Positions 36,420 through 50,259 of a stretch of 64,000 nucleotides of DNA are shown here, in pieces. The DNA comes from Octopus vulgaris (taxonomy: Eukaryota). The first letter of the stretch is position 1. Every line of letters begins with the position of its first letter. The stretch lies in contig OX597837.1 in the NCBI GenBank assembly GCA_951406725.2, positions 15,128,001-15,192,000 on the forward strand. Reading direction: 5' to 3'. The position numbers were made by a program, and so were the translations under genes. The notes beneath the pieces are model-generated. The model was not told the DNA's origin, made no database searches, and worked only from the letters and a program-made list of their open reading frames with translations.

Positions 36420-38980
36420 AATCTTACCTTGTTGAAGATGTGACGTTCATGTCATGCCAGTTGTTCTTTAGAGTGGGTGGGTTCAAGAGAGGGAGATGAG
36501 AATCCCATTTAGAATGATGAAAGAAAACTGACACTAAACAGCAGAAACACAGGGACTGTGGACTGTGTTTGCAGCAAAGTATACTAGAACCCACATGGCC
36601 TAAGATTGTGTGCAAGTGTGTTAGAAGTCACATAGCTTGAAGATTCCCCAGCCAATGGTTAAATGTGTGCAAATGGTTCAAATATCGCAGTGTTTAGAGT
36701 CCCAATGCTGATGAAGTATGGAAGGAACTGTGTCCAGAGCCTGCAGGTAATGCAGGCCCCATGACAAGCAAGTGAATATCATTGGGTGAACTGGATCCAA
36801 GCTAACAAAGAGTGGCTCTGGTTTGAATGTATTGATTCCACCTCGAAAGCAATGTCAAAATGGGGTGCTGATCAATGTTTTGAGGCCATGACAATCACCA
36901 GCAGCAACTTAGCAGGGAGGCTCGGGCTAGAAGAGAACAAAAATAAATAAAAAAACTATCCATGCCAGGAACAACAGAACAACCAAAGTTTAACCAGCTG
37001 AGGCAGGAGCTGCTGAGTTTGAGATGGTTGAGGAGATGAAGACCTCTGCTGCAAGAATCTCCACTTTGGAGGGTCATTATGTGAAGGGAGGAAAGGGCTA
37101 GAAAGCAAACTTTCTGGTGAACTCGTGTAGGTTTATAAAACAGCTGAGGCCAGAAATGCAGCTGACAGCTCACCTCTCCAGGGAACAGTTTCCCATTGAT
37201 GCGAAGGATGCTGGCAGGAAGTGTAGATGGTAAAGAAGAAGGCAGGAGTAAGCCTAAGCAGAGGATCAGTTGAGGGAATCTTACAAAGCATGCTAAAACT
37301 GCTCAAGGTTACTCGACAGGCTTTCAGATGATCTGGAGGAAGGGCAAGCCTGCATCAGTGGAGTGGATGCTGAAGAAGGAAGATTCTAAAAACATCAAAA
37401 TCAGCTCAGAACCATTTTGCTGCTCAGTGATGAAGGGAAGCTATTCTTTTGCATTTTTGAAAAACTCCAGACTCCTATCATATTTACCTTCCCGATAACT
37501 TCTGCATTGATACTTCTGTTCAGGATGAAGTGTCGTGACTACTCAAGCATAGTCATCTAATTGGGGAAGTTTGAGGAGGAGTGCAGTGATTGGATTTGAC
37601 GAACACTTATGGATTCCTGCCTCACTCAATGATTGAAGAGGCACTCAACAGGCACCATATGCCAAACAGGTTGTGGAACTGCATTCTGGTTTAGTTTGAC
37701 AATCTCTGTTGGGTCTACAACTTCAGTGGTGCAAATTGAAGGAGGAGATTATTGCTGGCTGTACTGTTTCAGTGCACTTGTTGGTGCATTCCATAAAACA
37801 TGGTCGTGAAGAAGTCTGCTGAGTTGTAAGTGCAGAAGATTGCTAACCAAATCCACTGTCTCCCATCCATCCATCCATTAGAGCTTTTGTGAATAATCCA
37901 ACCATAACATTTCTCCCATAAAGTCTGTAGTTCCAGAGAGTTTTGATGAGCTGATAATCTGGACTCGCATGAGATTCAGGCTGTAAAGACACAACATCCA
38001 TAGAAGCAACCAACCTAGTGTTGGAAGTATGGCTAACCATATTGAACAGGATATACCAACATGCCATCTGCAATGGATTCCCTGTCTTCACTTCATAAAT
38101 GAGGCCCAGGTGTTTCTAGTTAAAGGATTTGGGAGGAGAGCCAGTGGTTCCTATGGAAGTGGCTGGGACTATTTTGGAGCTTAAGTACATTGCAAGTGGG
38201 AATACATGGTGACCTATATTAAGGAGGTGCTGCAACACCAAGAGTCTTCAATTGAAAAGACTCTCCAAGGTTGAATTGTGGTCAGGACAAGATGAAAGTT
38301 GAGAACAACAGAAGCCATTGGTGCCACTGCTAACACACAGTGTGGGGTGGGTACAGTTCCTCATTGAGGACTGACCTGAGGAGTAGCACAACACTTTGCT
38401 ATGGTAAGGAAGTCGTTGGACTAGGATGAAGTGTTGGTTAAAGAGAGGTGTGGTAGCAGGTATCCTGGATAAGATTGGTGCAAGTGGTGGAGGGCAAATC
38501 TTGTTAACCCAACTTGAATAAAATTCTTAATGCTTCCGTTTATGATGTTCTATTAAGTATATACAATTTTTGTTGGGATGTTAAGTCAAAAGTTTTCTGT
38601 TGTCTGACAAAAATGATTGTGGAGAATATCCTCAGCTGCTGTCCAAAATCTTTGACCAAGAGGGCACTGACACCAAAAGCATGTCCTGAAGGCCATTGTA
38701 ACATCATCTGCACTGCAATTTGTCACATTGCAAGTGAAGATTCCTGCTGTTAGTTAAAACTGAGTTGAAACTTGATATTAGCTGTGAGGACCACCTGCTC
38801 TGACCCACTGGCAACTGCATAAGATTAGAAACTGAAAGTTTACTGGAGGAAGCAACTAAAGTTTACACATCTGTCGCACATGTTCCTGTGAGATCCAGCA
38901 GAATTTATAGAATAGCAAATGTCTGCCAAAGACATTGCCATAGGACCATGCTAATAATTTCTTGGCTTAGCCATTTTATA
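36420..38980 (-). mobile_element. Old degraded LINE-like region
   Basis: Balanced-GC block without an intact ORF; 37358-37445 recurs at 24997-25083. Family and strand tentative. Confidence 0.35.
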
Positions 38981-39137
38981 TATATGTAATTAAAGGGTTT
39001 GAGAGGAGGGTCAGTTGGTTCCTATGAAAGTGGCTGGCACTATACTGGAGCTTGAGTAACATTGCCATGATGATAAATATATGCATATATACGTGTGTGT
39101 GTGTATATACACACACACACACACGAATTTGTATACA

Positions 39138-39170
<33 letters not shown>

Positions 39171-40015
39171 GCACACATACACAAATACATATATGCATTG
39201 ATGTATGTATGTATATATCTGTATACACCCATCAATGTATGTAAATGTGTGCATATGAGTATATATGTATATGTGTGCATATTTAATATATAAGTACATA
39301 TATATGTGTGTATTCATACAGTCAAATGAATAAAGTTGTCAACCATCTGATAGAATACATTGCATAATTTCTTTGCATCCTGAGTTCAAATCCCACCTGG
39401 GTCAAGTTTGTTTTAATCTTCTCAGGTTTGATAAGCGATGTATTAGTGGATTATTAGAGAAATGCATATTAAATATTACTTTTGCCTCTTAAATCCTGAG
39501 TACTCTTAGCAGTGAAAAATAAAGAACCAGGCCTCTTGGGATGCAATAGAAATGGTGATTGGCTTTGGAAGCCATTATCTGAGTATTGCAGCTGATCACT
39601 CAATGCTTGCAATATGAGGTGGTTGGAGAAAGCTCAAGGGGTCTTCTAAGTCCCATACAGTTAAGATATTTTTGTTTAGGTATGTGTGTATTTAATGTAT
39701 GTTTACCTGTAGCTTGTGGGTGTGTGTATGAGTATTATGTCTTTGGGTGTTGTGTATTAGATAACAATTTAAATGATTAAAAGTCAATGGTGAAATTCAA
39801 TATATATTGTTGTGTCTAGGGAGATTCGTTGTTTTAATGCCTTGTTAACACACACACCGGTTCAATTTCCACTCATTTACTTATTTTTGTTTTAAAATTT
39901 TCATTGCTTCTTGCAACCTCTTCAATAGTTGTTGTCTCTGTCCTTTATCAGAACTGTGTTTTGGTTTGTGCTGAGTGCATGTGTATACATTTGTATGTAT
40001 GTATTCTGCATAGTC

Positions 40016-40077
<62 letters not shown>

Positions 40078-40693
40078 GTTCATGGCTCAGTATTTAGAGC
40101 ATCAAGCTCACAATCAAGACGTAGTGAGTTTATTCCTGGACTGGGCTATGTTTTGTGTTCTTGAGCAAGACACTTTATTTCACATTGCTTCAGTTCACTC
40201 AGTTGTAGAAATGAGTTGCAACATCATGGGTGCCAAGCTGTATTGGCCCCTTTGCCTTTCCCTTGGTTAACAGAGGTGATGTGGCCTGTGGTATGCATAT
40301 GCGACTGCTGGTCTTCCAATAGACAACCTTTCTCAGACTAGTGCCTCAGAGGGGAAGTTTTTGGGTGCAATCTCATGGTCGTTCATGACCGAAGCGGGTC
40401 TTTATATATAAAATCTCAATGATGATCTTTGTTGTTGTTGGTATGTGTATCTCCATTGGGAAGTTCATCTTGAAGATGTAGGTTTAACAATTATGTGCAC
40501 CAAATAAATAATTATAGGCCTAGGTTTTATTTTGAGGGAATACTTTCAGCTGCTCAGACACTGCAATCACCTCTTTCTGTGCCATCAATGTATTCCTGTG
40601 ATGTACAAGTTAAACGCTGATGCCTATGTCATAGCAAGCTTTGCTGTCAGATCTTTAAGACCAGGGCCAGATATTTTGTGGCATCTTGTCCAC

Positions 40694-40910
40694 TTAACCC
40701 TTCTGTTACCATATTTCTATTGAAATAATTTGTCTTCATTTTGATTAATTTTGAAAATGAAGAATTTAGAAAAAATAACTTTGTCATTAAGTTGATGTTT
40801 TGAACATAAATTATCATGAAATTTGGATGGGGTGGGGTTTAGATAATTTTAAAACAAGGAAGTTTGTATCTTAGACTCAGAAATGGTCTCATGCGGTTTG
40901 GTGCCAAAAT
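40694..40910 (+). mobile_element. piggyBac-like MITE (TTAA-CCC start)
   Basis: ttaacccttctgttaccatatttct...; related copies near 8085-8295, 49450-49685 and 57390-57630. Confidence 0.45.
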
Positions 40911-43900
40911 GAATTTGACTTCGGTAGGTAGTTGAAACGAATACTGCAAGCCAGTCTGTTTGGGATTGTGTAGAAAGATGAAAGTCAATTAGAAGCAATT
41001 GAGTTATTAGAGGCCTTACTCTAATTAAATGTAAGCTGTAATATAACGTGTTCAGATTTTCAATTTCATAGTTTTTTTGTAGCGAAAATAAATCAGATTT
41101 AAGGGCTTCTGTGGAGCAGGATATAGTTGAAGAATTCTTTTTCTGTGAAAAAGATGCTAGTAAATTTTTGATTTAACTCTTATTTCCATAGAAACAATAT
41201 TTCTTTAATAAATTTTGTAGGGATAAATTTTCAATATAGTTTTATGTAATTTTTAATTTATTTAATATAACCTTTACATTGACTTTGATTTTATATTAAT
41301 CTAAAAAGGAATATGTATCTGATTCGCTTGTTTTCAAATGGTCGTTTAAATTTCTTTAGGTGTTCAGTCTTTTAGTTTTCAGTTTTGTCTTTTAAGTTCT
41401 TTAATAAATAATATAAATAAAAAGAGGTGATACAGTCAGTGTTCAGACTTTGAGAGGTTAAAGTGCTAAACAGTTTAATAATCCTCATTGAACATTGTGC
41501 TGTGTGCTTTCAATGAGTCAAGATACACATAGGAGTTTCTGTTTTCAAATAGAGGAAGAGTCTGATCATGGTACTTGTAAATTGAGCCCTTTACAGGTTT
41601 TGTGGACTGACCCTGCTGCCCAAATCTTTCCACCACTTTGCCTCCGCCCGTTTTATGTGCACATGCACACTGACTGTGAATGGATTTTACTTGAGCAAAA
41701 ATAGAGTACTCAGAGTATGGCATAGTCAATGTGTGTGGCGGGGCTTGTTTCCCATGCATACTACTGCCCCCTTTTTTTCCATTCCAGGGGACCATTTTCT
41801 ATTGTCTAAAAACATATGAAGTCTTCACCATATGTTGACTATACAAAATAGTCCAACATTAGAGCATATAACCCATGTAACAAAAAAACAAAAAAAAGGC
41901 ATTAGTATGCATAGGAGGGAAACAAACCCACACCTGTACATAATTACTGTGCTGGCCAAGGTAGACATGGCTACTTATTTACACACTTACCTGCATTTGC
42001 ACCAATGCTCAATGCAGCTTCTATAGAAGAGTCACTTTCATTATTGAATATTTAATTTTTAATATTTAAATTTTGTATAACTTTAGTTTCGTTTTCTGAT
42101 TTGGATATTTTAGAATTTAATTTCAATTATATTCATCATTCATAAGGTAAACATAAGCAATCAACGTGTCAACACATATGTTTATTGTGTGTGTATGTGT
42201 GTGTACACACATACGCATATATATTTCAGTTGCATTATAACCATGAAAACAGCAGAAAGATTAGGTATTTTTACCCTTTTAAGATGGAAAAAAGTTGTCA
42301 ACAGCCATAGGGCAACTGTTTTTCTGTCTTACAAAGGATAATAATACCCAATCTTTTTATGGCTATAATACGTTCGAAATATTACCTATTTGTCTGTGTA
42401 ATACAATATATACACTTGACACTTTTAAAAACAAAATAAAAATTTGTTTACATATGTTGTTTATATATATATAAACTTTGCCAGGTCAGACTGGGCCTGG
42501 TGCAGCCTTCTGGCTTCCCAGACCCCAGTTGAACCATCCAACCCATGCTAGCATGGAAGGCGGACGCTAAACGATGATGATGATGATATATGTCTGGCAT
42601 TGTGAATTCTCTGTGGAGAGGGTGATGGCAACATTTCCAGAGACTCTTCTGACCTCACACATTCCACCATAGCAGAGCTGAGTCACCTTGTTTGTTTGTT
42701 GTTTTTTACAACTCACACATTTGTTGACTGCTGGACTTGAAATTTAAAAAATTTCAATGAGTTTAAACACCACTGCACTGGTTGTATTAGGACAGGCAAA
42801 CATAGGTGCAGCAGGAAGTCTTTGTGCACTGGTGTAAATACATCCGGCTGTGAGTTGGCAGTGAAGAAACAGTGTCTCAAAACAGAGAAGTTAACAAAAG
42901 ATTGATTTACAGTGATGACATTTCGTCGGTAGACTCGGCTGGTGCTTGCCAACATAGAAACATGTTCAAACATTGACGGATGATCTATTAAGATACTTTC
43001 CTATCCTCACGGCTTCTCCGTCTTTGTTCCTACTGTACTCTTACATTGACTCTGTCAACTGATTTATTAATAAACTACTTCTTAGCTTTCATGATTATTG
43101 TATGTTTCTAGCTGCAGTGGAACCAGTCAGACCAGATTAATAATGGATGCCATTGATGTTAGGAACTTTCGCTTCTTCTTCTATTTTCCACTTGAAGTTA
43201 GGTGTGATTACCTGATAAGAACTCAAATGCGCTTGTAACCCAGGTTTCACTCTTGGTCCCTGCAGTTGTCTATTCACTTCTCTCCAGTACAATTTAAGGT
43301 GCTGGGCTTAATTCAGATTTAAGCAGTGTTATTGAGCAAGGGCATCTAACTCTGCTTTCTCTAGTTTGCTTGAAGAAAATACTGGGGGCATATGGTAGGA
43401 ATGGCAACCGTTTAAAAAGAAAACAATTTCTTCAAGTAGCTCATCCTACTCACTAAAGAATAGGTGTAAAACAAGTTTAATCAAATCAAAGGCTAAAAAT
43501 CAGCTAAAAATTTTACTTTTCATTAGAACTTGTTGTATATCTTTAGCCGTGGTTTGAACTCAGACACCCCCTAACAGCTACTGCCAACTGTTGTCTGTCG
43601 CAAGCCGGGTTTAAATTATTGTGTCCAATCAATTAAGTCTGTAGCTGTTTAAAACTAGGGACCAGTGTAGGGTCCATTGCCCACCATGATGGGGAACACA
43701 AAACCCGTGACCTGGGGTTGGTTTAATGACTGCATGAATAAAAGTTTCAGAAGGGTACCCTTGATGATCAACCTTTTAGGAATGATAGGTAGGGTTTGAA
43801 TCCAGATAAAACTGACTTGACCAAGCAAATCACTTGGTTGTGGAATTATTTGCTTGTGAGTAATTTAGTATATGTTTAGATGATAGAGAATACATTCACC

Positions 43901-46730
43901 TTAGATACTTGAGTTGGGTTACAATATATTTTAGCTGACACAGCTAACTTAGCTTGCTCTCCTAGTCCTCATTATCATTTTCATCGGTTTAACATTCGCT
44001 TTTCCATGCTTACAATTTGTTGAGGCAAATTTTCTGCAGCCAGATGCCCTTCCTGTTGCCAACCCTCACTTGTTTCCAAGCAATTAATATTTCCCCTTTG
44101 CTGAGGCATTCATTTTGTGGAAGATTAGAAATGAACATCATCACTTGTATAACAGTGGTCGTACAAGTGCTCAACTATGACATGATGTCACAATAAGAGT
44201 ACACACACGTGTGTGTGTGTGTGTGTATATATGTACACATTTACGTACATTGATACACAGTGGGCTTCTTTTAGTTTCCTCCCAAATCCCTTCACATGGC
44301 TTTGTCAGCCCAAAGCTAGAGTGGAAGGCACTGGCTGCATCTTAACTGCTCAGCTACACTTGCACCTAATAAGAGAACCAAAGGGGCATCTGGGTTCAAA
44401 CCAAGGCACTCCCAATCTGCATTCAATTTGTCATGGGTTAGGTTTTTATTTGAAGTTACCTCCACCAATAGTGTCTCCCCTGTTTTCTGTGACTGGATGC
44501 CTTTACTGTCACCAACTACTCTACAAGGATGTACAGAGTGTATTTTACTAGGGGAATTATGCCCACCTCAACAACACTAACAAGATAAGCTGTGGATTAT
44601 AGTAGATTATGAGTATTACTGAGGATTACTTGTAACCATTTTGATCCTCAGTTTTTTTTATTGGTTTTGGGCATAGAAATTTTCAATTATTGGATGAAAA
44701 TAATCTATACCTGTTTTACTAGTATAGTGTTGGACTTGTTGCTCAAAGAACTCCTAAAATAATGTTTCTTGTATGTGTTCATTGAAATCCTCTGCAGGTA
44801 TTTTAAGGTGTGTTTGAGAAGTTCACTTAATTCTACACATTTTGTGAAACAACTCCTCTGGGAATATTACCTAAAAATAGACTGGTATCCACTCACAGGG
44901 AAGATCTACTTCTCATTTATTTCATACTTTAAAATTAGCATGGCTTTCTTCTTCCCAAAGAAGCCTTAGGAAGTACACTTTTGTATATAAAATAGGGTTG
45001 GTTCAGCCTATGATCTCTCTCTCTCACACACCTTGGGTGTCATATTTCTAATCTTTATATATCCAAGAAATTTTGTTAGTTGCTTTTTTAAAAATAATTT
45101 TTATATTTGCTGCTTTAGTAAATAAAATTTTTAATTTTCGTAATGCTTTTTTACCAAAGTGTGTTTAAGAGATGCTATGGAAACGATTCCCCTAATTAAT
45201 TTATGAAAGAGACAATTAGTATTTCTAATTCTGTAATGATCATATTCTCACCCTCTGCTCCAACTTGAAGGAATAAAGAAAATATACCAGCATTACTAGT
45301 TGATAGATATCAAACAACAAAAATAGTATATACAAAAATAATACGGTAGTCATAGAATAATTTCATTCTTTCATTTGCAAGTAGAAACATGACTCTACAT
45401 TATAGACTGTCTTATTGTAACAAGTTCTGTTGTATTAGCAACAAGGGGGGAGGGGTAAGGGATTGTTTCTGGAGTTTTAATTGTCCAGACCCAATGTCTG
45501 TAATGTGTTACGTAGCTAACATGACCAAAGCCATAGAAGCATTGGGTAAGTCCTACTCTTATCCTTTCAATACTGATTAAAATACATACTTGCAATATCC
45601 AGTGGTTAAGTTGTATAAGCCACTACACTACTCTCTCCAAAAGTTTTTATCTCTAATCAAAAGGAATCTGTATCTATTAAAAATTGCAAGATAAACCGTG
45701 AATGTAATAGCTTTTAATAGTAGAGGTAAGTTACAGAAGTTTAAACTAGAAAATGTATATAAAAGACATTTAGATAAAATTCTATCAAGATGGGAGTAAT
45801 TAGATCAGGTAATAATTTTTAATTGAATTTATTAAATGAATCTAATAATAGGAATAATGAAATTAATGTTGATTGCTGGTCCTGTGAATTTGATGCTTAA
45901 CCAGTTTGGTGATTTGCTAAAGCATCAATTTAAGGATTTCTTGTTTCAGTATATGCTTTGTATGGACGCTGTCCACTGACATGTAAATTGGCATTTTAGT
46001 GTTATAGCTAATGTTTTTGGTTTAATTAAGTCTTTCTAATAAGTTGAGCTGTGACAAAATGTTTGCACCATGGCTTTCAAAATTTCCTCTTAGCATTCAT
46101 AACATGCAATGTGAATGAACCTTATTTTTGAACCAAGTTGGAGAAATATTCTTGAATGATTAAAAAGTTATAATGGTAAACACAATGTTGGTTCCCAGCT
46201 AATTTAGGACTGTTTCCCAAATACTGTTTCACAGAAACCTTTTGCTACCAGTATTGTTTCTTGAAACTTTTTAAAATTTCATTATTGTTTATAAGTGATG
46301 AATTAAAAATTTGGTAATTACCAATTAGGGAATGTAAAAGATTGTTGCAATGTGATTTACAAGCTGGCCAAGTCAGGTCTAAATATTTTACTTGTTTTAT
46401 GCTTGAACTGGTTAGATTCTGGCCTTTCATATCTACTCTACAATGTCATTCTAAAAATAAACACACAGTCACTGAAATCTCCGAGCTGTGAGATAATGCA
46501 TGATTAATTCAAAGCTATGTGAATAAATAAGCATTACATTTGACCGAGTGATCTGAATGCTAAAGGCTTGATAAGGTCACACCTTGTTTTCATTGTATTA
46601 TATATTGAAATGATTTTTCAGTTTCTGTTAACTCTTTGTTAAAAATCTATTTTCTTTCTTTCAGGGTAAATTTTTTTTTTAAATTATCACAACTGCACGT
46701 TGGTGTTTCCTTCCAACAACAAGCAGCATA

Positions 46731-46780
46731 CTGGACGGACATAAAGAAGAGGGTGGTGTTTCCCGACGCTCCGGAGGACG
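46731..46780 (+). CDS. EIF4G2: eIF4G2 coding exon 1, CUG-initiated (M)DGHKEEGGVSRRSGG; exon spans 46665-46780
   Basis: Acceptor tttctttctttcag, donor CG/GTGAGT, phase 2 joins the next exon; in-frame TAA at 46680 and no ATG; aligns with human (GUG)ESAIAEGGASRFS. Confidence 0.8.
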
Positions 46781-47841
46781 GTGAGTCTTTCTAAAAATCC
46801 TTTCTGGTTCCTCTGGATCTGTTTAATCCAGACTTTACAATATTTAGTCTTCAGACTTTTGCTTGGTTACCGATATGTCTTCAGACAGAGGAGTCATAAT
46901 ATTGGAAGTAACAAGAAATATAAAATAACCATTAAAAGGAAATATTCGTTTCTAACGTGTGCACAAAAAGGCAGGGCATAGGTTTTAGTTGATTAGATCA
47001 AACCCAGTACTTGGCTGCTACTTTGTATTGGTTCCATCTCTTCCTGAAGTCAAATTTAGCAGAATTTGAATTCCAGAATGTAAAATGATGCCACGAAATA
47101 TTACAAGACATTTTGTCTGCTACTCTTCAAATGCTGGTGATTTTGTAGGGTTTTATAGAAAAATATGTCTTTGGTTTATTGAAGATTTTCACTGAAAGTG
47201 GTTTAATATTGTCTTGGTTGATTCAAAATAATTTCAACTCTAGTTTCAAGATTATTGACCATACATTGTCAACTTTTGAGATTAACTAACCTCTGTAATT
47301 TGCACAAGTCAACATGAGGGCCTCTGTTATCGCTTGATCTGCAAGAGATAACCAAACTGTCCCTCAAATGATACCCGTACTTTGTTGAGTAAGAAAAAGA
47401 CTCAACCTAGTCCTACATACCCCTGAAAAGATAGCTCATCATGTCTAGAATACATCTGTTTGACTAGAGTTGACTTGGGGTTATGCACAAACGACAGTGA
47501 CTTCTGTAAATAATAATATTAGGCATTTTGTCAGATGCTGTGATGATGATGTCCTTAATTATTCTAAAGCAAGTGGTCTTGAGTTCATCAATGCTCAGAG
47601 TACATTTTAGTTGATGTTTATAGCATTGTTATCTTTGAGCAAACAGACCTGGACAACATTTAACTATTGTTGCATTTTATAGGGATAAGTAGGATGTTGT
47701 TTGAGGGAAAGTTGCCTACTGTTTCTAGCATGTCGAGCAACCACACAGAAACCATTCTCTCTACATACCTTTGTGACTGATTGTTGTTTTTTGTTTGTTT
47801 ACTTTTTTAAAAAAAAACATTGCATTTTCCTATTGTTTCAG

Positions 47842-47919
47842 ATGGAATCCACCTAGTAAACAACGAGATGGTCTTTCAGTTGATGAGAAAAATGATCTGA
47901 TATTCCGTAAGGCCAGAGG
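47842..47919 (+). CDS. EIF4G2: eIF4G2 exon (RWNPPSKQRDGLSVDEKNDLIFRKARG)
   Basis: Matches human KWIP...HDAIFRKVRG; AG/GT boundaries, 78 nt, phase 2-2. Confidence 0.92.
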
Positions 47920-50156
47920 GTAAGTTTCTTCATGACTTACATATATTATGTAAACAAAAATTAAAAATTTACAACCATCACCTACTTTTTGTCTGAGGTT
48001 CTTTGTATTTCAATTGAGCAATTCCAACTCAATGTGTGAAGATATATTTGTTGTGAATACATAAGTGAAAGAAAAGGAAAATTTGTACTTTTTAAGTCTG
48101 TTATCGTAATTGGTCTTTTCTAGGACAGTTTATAAAGCTGTATTGAGTCACTGGCGAATGATCTTCCAGAAAGTGTTTTAGTCAGTGAGATGCTGGAGAA
48201 ATGCTATGTATAAAAAAATTCCGTGCTTGTAACAAAACCAAACAGGAGACTGCAGCAGAAGTCATAATTATGAATCTAGTTCAAGAATTCACTTCTCTTT
48301 TTAATTTAATTTATTGGAAATTAGCACCCCCTCACCCCCATCCCAGTATAGTCTGTTCTCATTTTTAGAAATAACCTAATTAATATCAGCTTCATTGAAT
48401 GAAACTTGAAAATTTAGATGTAATATCATCTAGACATGTAACTGTTTCAAGAATGTAGACGCATATAATATACCTTTCCAAATTTGTAATACTATTTTGG
48501 CAAATGGAAACTGAATGAAGCTTATTATATGTATGTATTTATATGTGTGTGTACCTGTTATGTTGATGAGTGGGTTTCTAAACGAGCAAGCAATGTTATT
48601 TCTACTCTTCTGTGAAAAATATGTCTGGATATGGAAAATATTATTTCACTTTGAAACAGGTTTGCGATAGGATGGTTGGCCTCAACAAAATTCTGTCTGA
48701 TCTCTGCAAACATGGGAAGTGGATGTTGTGATGAGGAATGAATGGTTTAACCGATGCAGTATTCCCATCATTGTAATGGGACCCACAAAGGTTTTCAGTG
48801 CTTTGTTTCAAATAAAATGTTTTGTCATATATTTATCATGTGTTGGGGGTTTGTGGGGAGGAGAGAAAAAGATGGGAAACTCCCTTAAAAATTGATTTCA
48901 GGTTTTTTTTTTATCTCTAAAATAGGGCTGCCATCCATTAAGGTTGACCCTGTATCTGTACTTGCATGTGCTGGCTTTGGCAAGATTTTCTGAGGAAGGC
49001 TGGCAGTGTTGCCTATGTATTCAAGTTTCCACTCTTCATAATATCAGAGTGTTTAATGTAAGGGAAAGGCCACCAACTTGGACAGATCACACAATTTGGC
49101 ACCAATGTCATCACAACAGTTGTTGGAACACACAGAGCTGGCACAGATACCAAAAGGCACCTCACCTGTCCCTCAGACCATTCTGCCAATCCAATGCCCT
49201 GGGTTGATACTTTTGTTTCAATCCCCAAAGTTTAAAAGGCAAAGTTGACCTCAATGGAATTTGAAATCAGAGCACAGATAATTGCAACAAATTTATCTCT
49301 AATCTCTGGAAAATTTTAAATATTTGGATTGACAATTATTAAATTTATTGTTAATATTTATGTCATTGAATGACCTTTTCTATTTTAATTATCTCTTAAA
49401 TGATGTGTCAAAATGCTAATAGGAATTGTAAACTATAAGAATGTGGTTGCAGCATTCCAAGCCTTTTGATATTAACCTGCCTGAAGCCATCTTTAGTTCC
49501 ATGATAGAAATTCTTTGTTTTTAAAATGATGTAAATTAAAATCTTGCACCAAGCTTTCATGTTAATTTATTTTCCAAACACTAGCTTAATAACAACACAA
49601 TTATTTTAATAAATTCTTCATTATTCTCAACATTAATTGAAACAAAGACAGGATATTTCAACATAAATGACATCAAAAGGGTTTAAGCATTTGTGGAATA
49701 AAATTGTGACTGTAGATTGAGGATGGGAAGTTGTGGTGGATACACACTTGCGGTTAATTATATTTTAATACCTTTTTTAAGCAATAGAAAAAGGCCCTTT
49801 TCTATATTTTATCTCTTTGAGTGATTTTGAAGGGAGAAGCAAGATAAAACTTGATATTTGAAAATCTGCTTTAATACTTCAGCATTTAAGCTGGCCTTAT
49901 CTGGCTCGATTATGTTGAAACTAGCCAGATCCCACCCTTATAATGTCATACTAAAAGTAAGTGATCATATAGTTGAAATCTTGAGGCTATAAGATTATAA
50001 GATAATGCAGGATTAAATATTCCAAACTATGTATATAAAGAATAATCTGAACGCTAACGAGCCAAATTGGTTCTGGTTTTTTAATTGATTCAATAGTTAA
50101 TTACTAAATGTAATTTTACAAAAAAAATGTTTTTTTTTTCTTTCTTTATTTTGTAG

Positions 50157-50259
50157 AATTCTCAATAAACTTACTCCGGAGAAGTTTGATAAGTTAAGTT
50201 TGGAGCTTCTAAATGTTGGTATTGACTCCCAGCTCATCCTTAAGGGAATTATTCTTCTG
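50157..50259 (+). CDS. EIF4G2: eIF4G2 exon, MIF4G start (ILNKLTPEKFDKLSLELLNVGIDSQLILKGIILL)
   Basis: Near-identical to human DAP5; 103 nt, phase 2-0. Confidence 0.97.

Noticed and set aside
39890-39930. Hammerhead-like layout on the minus strand (ctattga...gttgc/gcaat-gaaa-atttta)
   Set aside because: Core and stem I are too degenerate to call.
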